Below, piece after piece: positions 13,307 through 27,120 of a stretch of 64,000 nt of DNA. This DNA comes from Octopus vulgaris (lineage: Eukaryota). Where the stretch lies: the NCBI GenBank assembly GCA_951406725.2, contig OX597831.1, positions 30,318,001 through 30,382,000 of the forward strand. Direction: 5' to 3'. Position 1 is the stretch's first letter, and each line of letters begins with the position of its first letter. The notes beneath the pieces are model-generated. The model saw only the letters and a list, made by a program, of their open reading frames with translations. It was not told the origin of the DNA and did no database searches. A program made the position numbers and the translations under genes.

Positions 13307-14170
13307 TAGGGGTGCCCAAAAGAAACCGGAATTTTGCGATATTATTTTATTCACTTAATTTTTACATGTTCACACTTGTAGCACATTATTCAAAGTATTC
13401 TACGCTTGAAGCAATGCATCGGTCCAGGCGCGTTTTCCACTATTCGAAGTAGTGCAGGAACACTTGCGATGCGATGCCTTTTAACGCATCCGTCGTTTTT
13501 TTTCTTCATCTCTTCCTCATCTGCAAATTCCGTAGAACCAGCTATCGTCAGCAGGGATGACCTTCTATAAAAAAAATCCGGATCAACTTCCAAATGGTCC
13601 TTCAGTTCACGACACGCATTCAGTCGTGATTTCTTTTGGTCTTCCTTGAGCAAGCGAGACACGGAATTTGCTGCAACTCTTTTCGTTTGCAATTCCTCGC
13701 AGAAAATCCTTTGGCAGGAGCTCCAGGACACACCAATCACATCACCAAGTTTGTTAATTTATTTTGTGATGGTCCTCCAAGATCACTTCATGAATTTTCA
13801 GATTTTCATTCGTTCGGAAGATCGACTATCGTCCTGATCGAGGTTGGTTTTCAAGCAACAAGTATCCATTTCTAAAGCGTGAAATCCACTCGTAATCTTG
13901 TGTTCTGCTCATGGCAGCGTCCTTATAAGCTGTTAGATGAATGACAACTGTTTCGACCGCCATTTTCCCCAGCAAAAAACAGAATTTTGCGGAAGCACGC
14001 TGTTCTTTCATTTCAGCCTTCGCAAAATCGACGAACAGGGAAGAAGCACTGCAAAACAAAGATGCACCACGTGATAATACAACCCTCACGGGACGATGCC
14101 AGTCGGCAGACTGATGCCGAAGGGTCGCATCAAGTGGATTCTATCGGCTGGAGTCATTTACTGGGTCTAC
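13307..14170 (-). mobile_element. Mariner relic with internal deletion
   Basis: - strand: MKEQRASAKFCFLLGK..YEWISRFRNG..ENQPRSGR (HTH), GVSWSSCQRI..RVAANSVSRLL..QKKSRLNAC, then the C-terminal WKTRLDRCIAS..EYFE. TIR-like AGGGGTGCCCAAAAGAAACCGGAA at 13308. Confidence 0.88.
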
Positions 14171-14320
14171 TGAAGAAAAATATTTTGTGGTATTCTGTAA
14201 ATACATTTATTGTGATATACAGCAACCCCGAGCTGCTAAGCGTGATCTATAAAATCACTCTTTTAGTTTATCGAACTTCGATATGGGAAAAATTTACAAC
14301 CTTCTACGTCAAGAAATCCC

Positions 14321-14412
14321 CATTGTTCCTGAAAGTTGTTTTTTTTTATACCGTCTACGGTCTGTTCAAATCTTATTAACTTCCTATACCCTGATGCTTT
14401 GGATCCTACCTT

Positions 14413-14425
<13 letters not shown>
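14321..14425. repeat. ~105-bp dispersed direct repeat, copy 1 (copy 2 at 15968-16070)
   Basis: CATTGTTCCTGAAAGTTG...CCTTTATATATTACA occurs twice, 1647 bp apart; copy 2 is embedded in (CA)n. Confidence 0.85.
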
Positions 14426-14450
<25 letters not shown>

Positions 14451-15450
14451 TTCTATGTTGATTAGCCAGAAGCGATAAATTACAGAGCTGAATATAAATG
14501 TAGAAATCTGCCAAAATTTGAAAGTAATATAAATGTAGAACATTTATATTACTTTCAAATTTTTTATAACAAGTCTTGAGGACTTTTTTCATGCAAAAAA
14601 GCATATAAAAATTTCGACAAAGATGTAGCATATTATCTATCGTAACTGACATATTAATCGAAAATTACCTGGTCTATTTTCATAGTGCACACAACCATAT
14701 AGGAATGGGAGCTTCAAGTTAAAGATACAGCGTGACCTTTGTTTAAGAATTTTGACTCAAGTTAGAAACTGTTTGAATAAAAGAACTGAATTTGTAGCAC
14801 CTTCCATGCACGTGGCTAAGTATGTTTTATGTAAATACATGCGTCTTTGTGTTTCGTTCTGGTTCAGAAAAAAGTTGGTTTCCAGATGTTTAATTAATTT
14901 GATTTTATTGATATATGTTTTAATGTGTTGATACGTCTCTACGTATGCGTATGTGTATATATGCATACGGGTATATCTATGCATGCATATATAATTCTGT
15001 TTATATAGACGTATGTGCGAGTGTTCATGTGTGTATCGGTATGTGGCTGCAGAGTCTCATGCAAAATGAACACGCACGAACACAATCATTGTTTTTTTAT
15101 AAACATTAATTAAAAATATTGCTTAAAAGTATTGCTTTAAAACATTGCTTGAACAATAGTGTAATTTCATGACGTTACCTGTACGGATTTTAAGACGTTT
15201 GTAATATTACCACAAGAACCAAAAAAGAAATCAAGAACATGAACTTAAAACAGCAGTTTTTGCAAGTTTCATTTACAAAGTTGTTTTTGAAGCAAAACAG
15301 CATGAGAATAAAAGTTCTCTTCACACTTTCATTTCAGGTTTCAAATAATATTCGGTGAAAATTTTAAAAGGAAAGAAGGCTTGGTTTACCAGCTGCTGAT
15401 CAGAAACGAGTACCTCTGAGTACTGGAATTTGGTAACTCCCAGGTATAAC

Positions 15451-15451
<1 letters not shown>

Positions 15452-15481
<30 letters not shown>

Positions 15482-15544
15482 TGTATGTATGTATGTATGT
15501 ATGTATGTATGTATGTATGTATGTATGTATGTATATATATAATG

Positions 15545-15603
<59 letters not shown>

Positions 15604-15720
15604 CATTTATGTATGTATATGTGTATGTATGTATGTATGTATGTATGTATGTATGTATGTATGTATGTATGTATGTATGTATGTATGTATGTATGTATGT
15701 ATGTACGTATGTATGTATAC
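15452..15720. repeat. (TATG)n/(TA)n compound microsatellite
   Basis: Direct reading. Confidence 0.95.
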
Positions 15721-15916
15721 ACACTCATACAATTGGCAACAACTTTCAATACGTACTATGTTTAGAATCAACTTGTAAAAGTTTCAAGTTTCGTGCATTT
15801 TCTAATAATTAGTCAACGAATAAAAAATGCTTATCACTTGCACCCAACACTGATTGGTTAATCCGTCTCACACTTACACGTTCACACACACATACACACA
15901 CTCATAAATATATGCA

Positions 15917-15959
<43 letters not shown>

Positions 15960-16452
15960 TACACACACATTGTTCCTGAAAGTTGTTTTTTTTATACCTT
16001 CTACGGTCTGTTCAAATCTTATTAATTTCCTATACCCTGATGCTTTAGATCTTACCTTTATATATTACATACACACAGACACACACAGATATAACAGATA
16101 TATATACATAAATCGACTATGAGAAATTAGTCGTTCGATCTCCTGTGTTATCTACGTCCTGAGTTAACATTTAAATGGCTGAGCATTCAATTGCTGCGTG
16201 TATCCTGAAGAAAATTTCAAACAGGATCTTAATGGCCTTGTATATGACAAGACTGCAGCTTAGAATTACACTTATATATAATCAACTTGACAGGCTTCCG
16301 TATAGTTTCCGTATAGTTTCAGTGACAGTGAAAGTGTGCTTATTGTAGAATTCAGTTTACTAAATGTGTGACGTAGGCAATCTGAACCCGAAAGTACCTG
16401 GTTACGAAGTGAACTTCTTAGCCGACAATGCCTCTGTATATATATATATATA

Positions 16453-18759
16453 TTTTAGGGAGAGGATACTTCAACCATACTCCAGACCCAATACACCAAA
16501 AATTCCGGATGAACTCTCAAAACACATAGACCCCAAAATAATAAACTTATCTAAAAGAGAACTTGACGAATATGAAATGAACCTACTACTAAAAGGCCTC
16601 AAATTTACACCTACACCCACTCCAAACCTCATAGAACTAAAAACTGACATAGACAACTTCAGCCGCTACCTCCGCCTTATGGAATTCTTTGAAAATAAAG
16701 AAACAGAAGATAACTCAATCATAAGAAAAAAATCCCACTTCACCCCTTACAAGGGAAGTGACAAACACCTTGACACATACATAGAAACAATATCCAAATT
16801 CCCTCTTCACACACACAAATGCAAACAGAATCTCCGTAGAGAAGAAAAACAAGCCCTACAAAAACTGAAAAATGACAAATCAATCGTTATAAAAGAAGCT
16901 GACAAAGGTGGAGCAATAGTAATTATGGACACAGATTACTACAAAGAAAAGATACTAGAGTTACTGAACAACCAGACATATTACAAAGAGGAACCAACAC
17001 CACCGGAGAAAACAACAATAAGAAAAATTAGAACTTTAGTCAATGAATATCAGGACTCCTTTACAGATAAGGAGGAAGACTATCTATGCAACTCACAAAC
17101 CAAAGAAAGCAACTTTTATGGATTACCTAAAATTCATAAAAGCTCGGAAATACAGAGAGCCATAAAGGAACAGAGGAACCACTATATAAGAGTACAAAGA
17201 CCTGCAGACCTCACAATGAGACCAATAGTGGCAGGACCCCAGGCACCAACACAACAACTAAGCCACTTCATAGATATACTCCTCAAACCTTTATGCCCAC
17301 AGATTCCAAGCTACATAAGGGATGACATAGACTTCCTCACACACATTCCAAATACAGTCCCGAAAAACACCATACTTGCAAGCTTTGATGTCACAAATCT
17401 ATACACAAATATACCACACACCCTAGGTCTAGAAGCTATAAAACAATCAATAGAAAAATACAGAGAACTTATAGACGAACGCTTCAAGACAAACTTTATC
17501 ACCCAAGCCACCCAACTAATACTAGAAGAAAACACATTCTCATTCAACAACAAGACATACCGACAGATAAAAGGCACGGCTATGGGTACAACATTCGCAC
17601 CTTCATATGGTGATGGGCTTCCTGGAGAAAAAACTATATGACGAAATAGGGAAAGTCTTCGAACACGATTTCAGAGAAGACATCAAGAAAAAGTGGAAAC
17701 GCTACCTCGATGACTGTTTCATCTTTTGGAACAGATCAGAAGAGGACCTACAAACATTCCACAACATCCTCAATACGCTGCACCCATCTATCAATTTCAC
17801 AATAGATACCAGCCACAACGAACTTCCCTTCCTAGACATCAACATCAAAATACACAACTCCATCGTCACAACAGACATCCATTACAAAAAAACTGACACA
17901 CATCAATACTTAAATTTCCACTCCTGCCACCCATCCCACACAAAAAGAAACATCCCATATAGTATGGCACGACGAATATGTAGCATAGTAACTGATTCAC
18001 AAATACGATTAATAAGACTAGATGAACTCAAAAGCTTCCTCCTAGAGCAAAAATACCCCCTTAAACTAATAGAAAATGGAATCACAAGAGCATTAAAACT
18101 AGACATCACACAACTCAGGACACCCAAAACAAAAAAACAAAGAAAACACTATCCCTTTTATAAACACACACAACCCTGGAGTTACCAACATCTTCCAAAC
18201 CATACATTCAAACCTACCAATAGCCTTACAAAGCCCCAAAATGAAAAACATATTAAACAAATATAGCATAAAAAACAGTAGACGACAGGACAAAAACCTA
18301 AAAAGACACCTAACAAGAGCGAAATTCTCTTCAGAAACTAAAACGGAATTCTTTGCAAAAGAGTGCGGAGATGGTAGATGTGGGACCTGCAGCAACCCCA
18401 CCTACAAATACATAGAGAGCAACAGAGAGATAAGATTTAAAAATGGTGTCATATTCAAAGTAAATGCAGATATGAACTGCAAGACGCAGAACGTCATATA
18501 CTGCATAACCTGCCCCACGTGCAAGGAGAATTACGTAGGCGAAACTGGTAATTCTTTGTGCCAGCGAGCCAGGATCCACCGACAACATATTCGGCAGGAA
18601 GAACTACGCAAAATACCACTAAGCACACACCTAGCTACATGTGGAGAAGGAAAATTTAAGATATTTCCCTTCTACAAGTGTCCGAAGAACGACACCCCCT
18701 TCAGGAGGAATATGGAAAAACATTTCATAGCTAAGTTCTCCCCCAAATTAAATGGCTGA
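16453..18759 (+). pseudogene. PLE reverse transcriptase / GIY-YIG endonuclease ORF broken by two frameshifts (~17606 and ~18135)
   Basis: Motifs [87 protein letters not shown] linker, NVIY-CITCPTC-YVGETG, RARIH. Spread over ORFs 16364-17641, 17607-18266 and 18241-18759. Confidence 0.93.
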
Positions 18760-19048
18760 AACTTTACTCAACATACATTGAATACAAGAAATTTTTTTCG
18801 ATTTACAATATGATACAGTGGAACATTTAATATATGTGTGTATGTATATATATATAGGTGTGTGTGTGTGTGTATATGTTACCTGTTACATACATTATAT
18901 TGTTTTTGCAATTTACTTGATCTTTACTTGCCAATTGTCATTCTAACTTTAACCTTCCTATGATATGCAATTTTCAAGATGGTGTAACTTGATTGTTCAT
19001 TTTGATTCGTTAGAAGGTGGATTTTTCCCTAATATTTCATGTGTAAGC

Positions 19049-19099
<51 letters not shown>

Positions 19100-19834
19100 C
19101 ATTGAAGGACGCATCTTTCGATTTACAATCTAATATAGTAGAACATTTAGTATATGTCTGTGTGTGTATATGTATATATATATATCTGTGTGTGTATAGA
19201 TATGTGTATTGCCTGTTATATACATTATATTATATTATTATCTTTATAATTCACTTCCATCTTTACCTTTTAATTGTCACTTTAATTTTAACTTTCCTAT
19301 GATATACAATTTTCAAGATGGTATAATTTGGTTGTTCATTTTGAACCGATAAAAAGTTTTTTTTCAAATATTTTATGTATAAGTCTGTGTGTATATATAT
19401 GTATTGGTATAAATATCAACACACAAAAATATTTTTTCTTCTCCACTTCCTCCCTTATTTTTATCTTTATTTATTTTTTAGATTTTTTATTTTTTATTTT
19501 TTTATTTTTTTTTAATTTTTATATTTTTATTTTTTTATTTTTTTAATTTTTATTTTTATATTTATTTTTATTTTTATTTTCCCTTTTCTCTTTTTGTCTC
19601 TCCCCTTCTCCAAACACAGAGACACACACACACACACACACACGCACACAAACACACAGAGACACACCTCCACAAAATGATCATAGAAAGTGTGACCCCA
19701 AATGACATTTGTCCGGCCAACCTACGCACAACACACACTCAGTGACATCAAAATGGACAGAGCCAAAATTCTTATAAAACCACAGGAGGTCCAGTAGGCC
19801 AACGGAAATAACACTTCTTCCCTCTCAGATATAA

Positions 19835-19906
<72 letters not shown>

Positions 19907-20014
19907 ATACACACATGTTTTCTCTGTCTCACTTCCTCCTCACCCTCTTAAACTGTCTTATTCCTCCGCACTACTACGAAACTATAAAATGTTCAAATTC
20001 CCCACAATTGATTT

Positions 20015-20053
20015 GATTTGAAAACCCCACTAGATTGGGAGAAAGCGCTAATC
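20015..20053 (+). ncRNA. Hammerhead-like motif with U3-A8 variant core near the PLE 3' end
   Basis: GAT-TTGAAAA-cCCCA(ctagat)TGGGa-GAAA-GCGC-TA-ATC; the base of stem II is a C.A mismatch. Confidence 0.5.
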
Positions 20054-20311
20054 CGAATGATATGATCTGAATGATATGATATATATGTAAAAAATGTAAT
20101 ATATAAATAAATATCTACAAATATGAACCATCCGATCTGATTACCTCATTTTTTCTAATATATATATACATGCATACTGAAACACACAATTATATAGGTA
20201 CACCCACATACACACACACACCTGCATAGGCACGAAATATACTATACTCAGTGCATTTTCAACTTCTATTTTTCCTATATTTCTACCCGTGTGGAATTAA
20301 ATAAATTTATA

Positions 20312-20364
<53 letters not shown>

Positions 20365-20369
20365 GTATG

Positions 20370-20843
20370 TATTATAGTACGGTAGGCCTGTTTTTTTGGC
20401 GGGGTGGGGGTTACCCTGGGTTTCTCGCTCATTAAGGCTTTAGCCTTACGGCGTATCTTCACACCTCAAACACTGCTGGCCTGAGACCTCTCCGTCTTGG
20501 AGATTTGCGGGCCATGCTTGCATTTTAGAAAATTCCAGCTGACTTTTTGGAATCTGCAGGGCGACACTACGGCCGGAAACCATTAGCCAAGGTCGGAGGG
20601 AGACAATCGTTTACCTTCGTGGTGCTCTGGTGACCGCAAGATAGTGGCATGGCCGAAAATCGATGGCGAAGGAAGATAATCAAATAGAGTTTTACCTTTA
20701 AAACGAGCTGTTTTTCCTTCTCCATATTTAAAGATTGTCTCAGGGCAGGTGTGTTTGGGGTTTGAAGATACGCCATAAGGCTAAAATCCTTATGAGCGAG
20801 AAACGCAGGGTAACCCCATAAACCGGCCTGTCCCACTATAATA
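20370..20843. mobile_element. MITE / foldback DNA element with ~110-bp imperfect TIRs
   Basis: ~20370-20487 is the reverse complement of ~20735-20843 (GGGGTTACCCTG.GTTTCTCGCTCAT..TTTAGCCTTA.GGCGTATCTTCA). No coding capacity. Confidence 0.8.
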
Positions 20844-20885
20844 TTAACTGCTCTAAATCTTCGGATTTATATATTTCTACAAACG

Positions 20886-20961
<76 letters not shown>

Positions 20962-21552
20962 CTGTGTGTGTGTGTGTGTGTGTTTATATATGTATATATT
21001 CATTCATTCATAAATATATATTAGTCAATATTCGCAATGCTGATATTATAAAGTTGTGAACAATAAGTTTGCTATTCCTTGATCTCTGAAGCGTAATATT
21101 CCATTAATGTTATGATGTAAGATAAAGATGTTCCGAGTGGATCGGCTCCAATGAAGGAGGCTAAATTGAAGAATAATCATTCGCCTGGAAGTATGTAAGG
21201 TTTTCTCTTTTGTACGAATGTTGTCAAGGAAGTGGAGATTGTGTAGGTGGTTGGAGCGCTGGTAATACTTCTGGTGATGGTGGTGCATGTTATAATAGTT
21301 GAATAGTAGCAGTAATGTTGTATGCTATACAAGCTGTAGTCTGCCTGTGGTGGAGATGTTGATGGTGATTATGATGGTAGTTCTGGCGTGTTAGTGATAG
21401 ATAAATTTGTTAATCGACAATAAGTTGAAAATTGACGTAATATTATTGCTGGTGGGAATCATATCTCGGTTTCTGGTTACTCTAGTTCTAGTGATGGGGT
21501 AGAGATAGATGCAAATGGTGAGGGAGGTTGAATCACATATGCAGTGGTGACA

Positions 21553-21770
21553 ATGGCCAGTTTCCCGGTTACCGTGGCGTATATGTTCCCCACCTGGATG
21601 GGACGCCAGTCCATCGCAGCCTTACTCATTTTTGTCAGCTGAGTGGATTGGAGCAACGTGAAACGAAGTGTTTTTTCTCAAGAACAAAAGTCACCCGATT
21701 CAGGAATCGAAACCACAATCTTACGATCATGAATCCAATCCCCTAACCACAAAGTCACGTGTCTCCACGA
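21553..21770 (-). mobile_element. tRNA-headed SINE, family D
   Basis: The - strand has TGTGGTTAGGG..GGTTTCGATTCC then TTCTTGAG..ACACTTCGTTTCACGTTGCTCCA.TCCACTCAGCTG; relatives at ~25900, 34330, 38105, 51143, 63060. Confidence 0.7.
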
Positions 21771-22748
21771 TGGTCATGTGATAGTATTATAATAAGAAAG
21801 GGTGAGTTGTTCGATTAATTTGGTGGTGTCTTTTGTTATCTGATGTTGTCGTTTAGCTCAGATGAGTTCAGATTGAGCAGACACGCGATGAAAGGCATTC
21901 TGACCTGACTATTTTTTTTTTGTAGTGTGTAGTAAATTCAAGAGCATATAACCCGATGTATCTTTCTCTGAAAAAGTCAGGGTGGGTATGATTTGAAAGA
22001 GATCAGCCCAACTATCTTAATGTGTGAGGAAATCATTTGGTTGTGTAATCGAAAACACTTCTAAGAAAGAAGAAATGCCGCTAAGCATTTTGCCCTTCAT
22101 GCTAAGGGTCCTTGCTGCTTCTTAAAAGTATTAATAATGACAAAAAAATGAGTACCAAATGAAGTAATAATCTAAACTGAACGCGAAGAGCTTTGGTAAC
22201 AAATTCGAATAACATCACGAATGACATCAGTGACAATAACATGAACAACAATCGTATAAGAGCAACCAGAGAAACCTTAGCAGCATTGTATCGATAGTAA
22301 CAAAAATAACAGCTTCCTTAACTAGAGAAGTTAACAACCACATTAGTATTAACCACAAAGCATCGCCAAAACCACGCCCGCTACTGACTGTCAGTCAAAG
22401 GAGGGACCTGGTCACGTGTTTAAGTAATTCGATTTCAGATCAGGTAGCCATAACACCAATAAAAGCATGCTTGAGATAGCAAAGATCTCTTCCAAATCGC
22501 ACGCGCCTTTCAAAGGAAGAAACAAAAACAAAATAAAATAAATGAAATGAATGGACAGAGTGGATAATGTAATCCGAAGAAGGAAACGGTTTTGATGAGA
22601 GGCATGCTCGATTAGGGCACATAATGCAAAACAACGGTACGATCAATAAATAAAAATAAAAAGAGAAACAACAACAATGGCTGAAGCGTTGTTAATGTGT
22701 ATATATATATATGTGTATGTATGTGTGTGTGTGTACGCGCATATATAC

Positions 22749-22854
<106 letters not shown>

Positions 22855-22914
22855 ACATATATATATATATATACATGCGCCACATACATACACATATGTG
22901 TTTATGTACCATAT

Positions 22915-22946
<32 letters not shown>

Positions 22947-23237
22947 CTAGCAGTATCGCCCGGCGTTGCTCGGGTTGTAAGGAAATAACTATATATATAG
23001 CAAAAATGCATTAAAATTGAAAAAAATTAAGGTAAATATTTTTAAATCGTTGACACATCGTAGATATTTTAGAGTTACTCTTATATATGCATTATGGAAA
23101 AATATGATGGTAAATTTTTTATATATACCTAATACCCAGAAGGGCTCGATATGAATCACGACTATAAGATACCCGCTTTTGGTTAAACAAAATGTGGAGT
23201 ATAGGAATCGAAATCGTATACTCTTTATATATATAGA
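22947..23237 (-). mobile_element. Non-autonomous Helitron (short copy)
   Basis: The - strand begins TC and ends with hairpin CCCGAGCAACGCCGGG + CGATACTG-CTAG, inserted between A and T. Confidence 0.78.
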
Positions 23238-24052
23238 TTTAAGTCTAGTAGAAAATCTTCGAATTCTGACTGCTCTTGATATAATGAAATTCGTATCCAT
23301 TTTTGTCAGAATTACAAATTTTAAAACACAATAGGAACAAATTTCGAAAAAAATCTCCAAATTCACGGAATTAAAATACACTTCGATTTTTGTACAAAAC
23401 TGTATATAATATATATATATATATATATGAATATATATATATAATATACATATATGTATACATATATCTATATATAATATTATATAATAAAATATATACA
23501 GAGTAAAAAAAACCAATTTACCTTTTCTGTCCTCCGTGTCTTTGCAAATGTGTTGGAATGATAAGTGAGTTGTGTTTTTGCGCCTTTTTATATAACAAAC
23601 ACACGTGTTTGTATGTAGTTGTATGTGTATGTAGTTGTATGTAGTTGTATATGTATGTGTATGCGTGTGTGTGAGGAATGACACACACACACTCGCAAGC
23701 ACACATGTACATCAATGCTTTCGAGTGATATGTTAAAATATTGAGTTTTCTCGAATTTTGTCTTAATTGGGTGAAATGAAAGAAATATATTATGGCATGA
23801 GCGATGGAGTACTTTGAAAAATCTTAGGTAAATTCTAATTATATATATGTATTTATTTGTTTCTGTTTGCTGTGTTTTTTTATTTTTAGTATATATCATA
23901 CATACTCTGTCGCTATTTACTTTCATTTTATTCGTTGCCACTGTGTGTGGTTTGCGTGTGGTGTAAACCAGACTAAGAAAAGCATTTGACACACACAAGA
24001 ATGTGAGTTTTCTGTAAATTTTGTAATGAGTTTAAATTTTAAAACTGGACCT

Positions 24053-24087
<35 letters not shown>

Positions 24088-24126
24088 GCCTTTTATAATA
24101 GAGATACATACATATGTGTTTATGTA

Positions 24127-24179
<53 letters not shown>

Positions 24180-25148
24180 GCGTACATAAACACATATGTG
24201 TGTATGTATGTGGCTGCATGTACACGTTAGCGCGTGTTTGAAGTTTTACATGAGCAATGATAAAGAAAACTTCGTCATTGCTTCTTAAGGCGGGATTATT
24301 GCGTAGAAAGAAAATGCTATTACTGTATTCATTTATTAATTTTACTTGCGACGTAAATGTTATTAGTGTGGTCATTTAGTAAGTTTTACTTCAAATAAGA
24401 TCGCACTAAACATATATTTCTTCAATTCTGCTTATTTCGGTATGGGAATACAAAGTAGATCCAAGTAGCGATTATACCATGATCTTTCTGCTTAAGAAGA
24501 AAGCTATTGATGGATATCAGCGTATCATTTCAATTATTACGCTTACAGAACATCTCATACCTTCTATTATTAAAGTAGTTGTTGTCAGCAGGAATATTGG
24601 GGGCCTCTTTATTTGCATATCGCTATAAATGTCTGATTATTTTACGCTAAAATTCAAAAGTTGGGTAAAGACGCAATGGAAGCAGAACGAATGAATGGAT
24701 ACGAGAAGATACAGGTTCGTTAGTTCAAAACAATGTACGAGTTTTCATTCTAGCTTTGAAGAAGTATAACTGGCAAATTAGAAGATACCTTTATAGCACG
24801 TTTGTCACGGGAAAGGTACATCCGAATGACTGGCGCCCTATCCAGCAGAAGCTTAATTTTCTCTCTGAGAAGGCAGAAGTAAGAATTATTTTGCGACACT
24901 GAATCCAGAAATCGTGAAATAATGTCATTTCGAAGCCGAAGAAGACCGATTGGATAACAAAACGGAATCGTAGCTCCTGCGCACAGTTTTGTTGTTGCGT
25001 GTTGAATTGCAGTATCTGGATAGTTAGTGATAACTCAAGAATATTCATATCTATCAGGTGAGAAGAGTAAGGGAAAACACGCCAGTGTTTATGTTCAGCT
25101 AGAAAATATTGTAAACGTTTAAAAGGACACATACACACACAGACATGC

Positions 25149-25223
<75 letters not shown>

Positions 25224-25255
25224 GACACATTACACACATCTATATTTAATTTATC

Positions 25256-25302
<47 letters not shown>

Positions 25303-25669
25303 ATAAATTAAATATAGATATATTCTATTGACAATCCAATAATTTATTTATATTACAATATTACATTAAATACTATGAATATAATAATAACATAACATAA
25401 TATTATATAAATAATTACAAAAACCGTCAAAGGCCAACAAATTGTTTCTACTGATATATATTTTTTATGATATACATAATCACAGTTCCATTATATATAA
25501 GTCACTTGTGGGCCCTTCGTATATCAGAAAAAAATATATATGTCGAACTAGTGAATTGGATGTTTAATACGCCCCTTTGGAGCATTTCTTTTTCTCAGTT
25601 TCTTAATTTATATATGTTTATGTATATATATATATATATATATATACATATATATTATGTGTGTGTTTA

Positions 25670-25889
25670 TGTGTCCTCTTTGTGTTTGACTCCACCACAC
25701 CGCTTGACAAATGCTGTTGGCTTGTGTACGTCCCAGAAAACTAGCGGTTCGGCGAAAAGAATACGATAAAATAAGTACCAGACTTGGAAAAAAGTAATTA
25801 TGGTGTTGATTTATTCGACTAAATCCTTCAACGCGGTGTCTTAGTATAGCCGCAATGCAATGACTAAAACAAATAAAAGAAAAGAGATA
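25670..25889 (+). mobile_element. SINE family A, 3' half, diverged
   Basis: CGCTTGACAA..TAGCGGTTCGGCGAAAAG..ATAAGTACCAGACTT..TGACTAAAACAAATAAAAG. Confidence 0.7.
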
Positions 25890-25896
25890 AGCATAA

Positions 25897-26215
25897 GACA
25901 CCCTGTAGTCATGAATGACCATGGGATTGCAACTAGAAAGTATCCCATCGAGGCACAAGTCCGGCAAGGTTGTTTATGGAAGACCAGCAGTCGCCCATGC
26001 ATACCAGCTTCCCCTTTCCTCGCCACTAATGTTATCCAAGGAAAAGACAGAGGCCGATACAGCTTGGCACCAGTGAAGTCGCAACTCTTTTCTACAGCTG
26101 AGTGAACCGGGCAACGTGAAGTAAAGTGTCTTGCTCAAGGAAACAACACACAGCCGGGTCCAAGAATTGAATTCACTACCTCAAGATTGTGAGCCCGACG
26201 TTTTAATTACTCAGG
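25897..26215 (-). mobile_element. SINE family D variant
   Basis: CAGCTGAGTGAACCGGGCAACGTGAAGTAAAGTGTCTTGCTCAAGG segment and a tRNA-like end near 26160-26210; the 3' body differs from the 21553 copy. Confidence 0.65.
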
Positions 26216-26328
26216 AATGATCTGGTAATTTGAAAGCTCAGTATTTCAATTTCTAGGTCAAGCTGATTGTATTTTAGAATTACCTTTAGTGTGGGCATTT
26301 CGTCTGTGCAGAGAACGTCCATCCTCCG

Positions 26329-26362
<34 letters not shown>

Positions 26363-26409
26363 CATATATTTTCTGGCTGGTATCGAATTGTGACAGTTTG
26401 AGCGGAATA

Positions 26410-27016
26410 TTCTTTTCTACTCTATGCACAAGCCCCGAAATTTTTGGGGAGGGGGCCAGTCGATTAGATCGATCCCAGTACGCAATATTACATGCAGTAC
26501 CGAAAGGATGGAAGGCAAAAATCGACCTCGGTGGAATTTGAACTCAGAAATAAAGACTGACGAAATACCTATTTCTTTACTACCCACAAGGGGCTAAACA
26601 CAGAGAGGACAAACAAGGACAGACAAAGGGATTAAGTCGATTACATCGACCCCAGTGCGTAACTGGAACTTTTTATCGATCCCGAAAGGATGAAAGGCAA
26701 AGTCGACCTCGGCGGAATTTGAACTCAGAACATAACGGCAGACGAAATACGGCAACGCATTTCGCCCGGCGTGCTAACGTTTCTTATTTCTTTATTGCCC
26801 ACAAGGGGCTAAACATAGAGGGGTCAAACAAGGACAGACAACGGGATTAAGCCGATTACATCGACCCCAGTGCGTAACTGGAACTTAATTCATCGACCCC
26901 GAAAGGATGAAAGGCAATGTAGACCTCGGTGGAATTTGAACTCGGAACGTAAAGACAGACGAAATACCGCTAAGCATTTCGCCCGGTGTGCTAACGTTTC
27001 TGCCAGCCCGCCGCCT
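26410..27016 (-). mobile_element. Head-to-tail or nested cluster of three family-B SINE units
   Basis: CCGAAAGGATG.AAGGCAA..GACCTCGG.GGAATTTGAACTC repeats at ~26500, 26682 and 26899; an intact head is present only at ~27016. Confidence 0.88.
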
Positions 27017-27120
27017 TATCGAGTTGTATTTTAGCTCAAACTGACCTCGGTGGACAGTGAAAATATAATTTTCATGGCTGATATACTCAAAACAGATGAC
27101 AATATTACATGCAGAAACGA

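Larger units (their letters stand above)
16453..20165 (+). mobile_element. Penelope-like retroelement (Neptune-type architecture), 5'-truncated, flanked by TA repeats
   Basis: RT + Cys linker + GIY-YIG coding region, followed by a ~1.4-kb 3' region shared with the copy at 56077-57580. Starts right after (TA)n and ends TTTTCTAATATATATA. Confidence 0.92.

Noticed and set aside
16364-16452. N-terminus of the 425-aa ORF
   Set aside because: It reads through flanking DNA and (TA)n (VYIYIYF) and is not part of the PLE. The same applies to 55993-56076.
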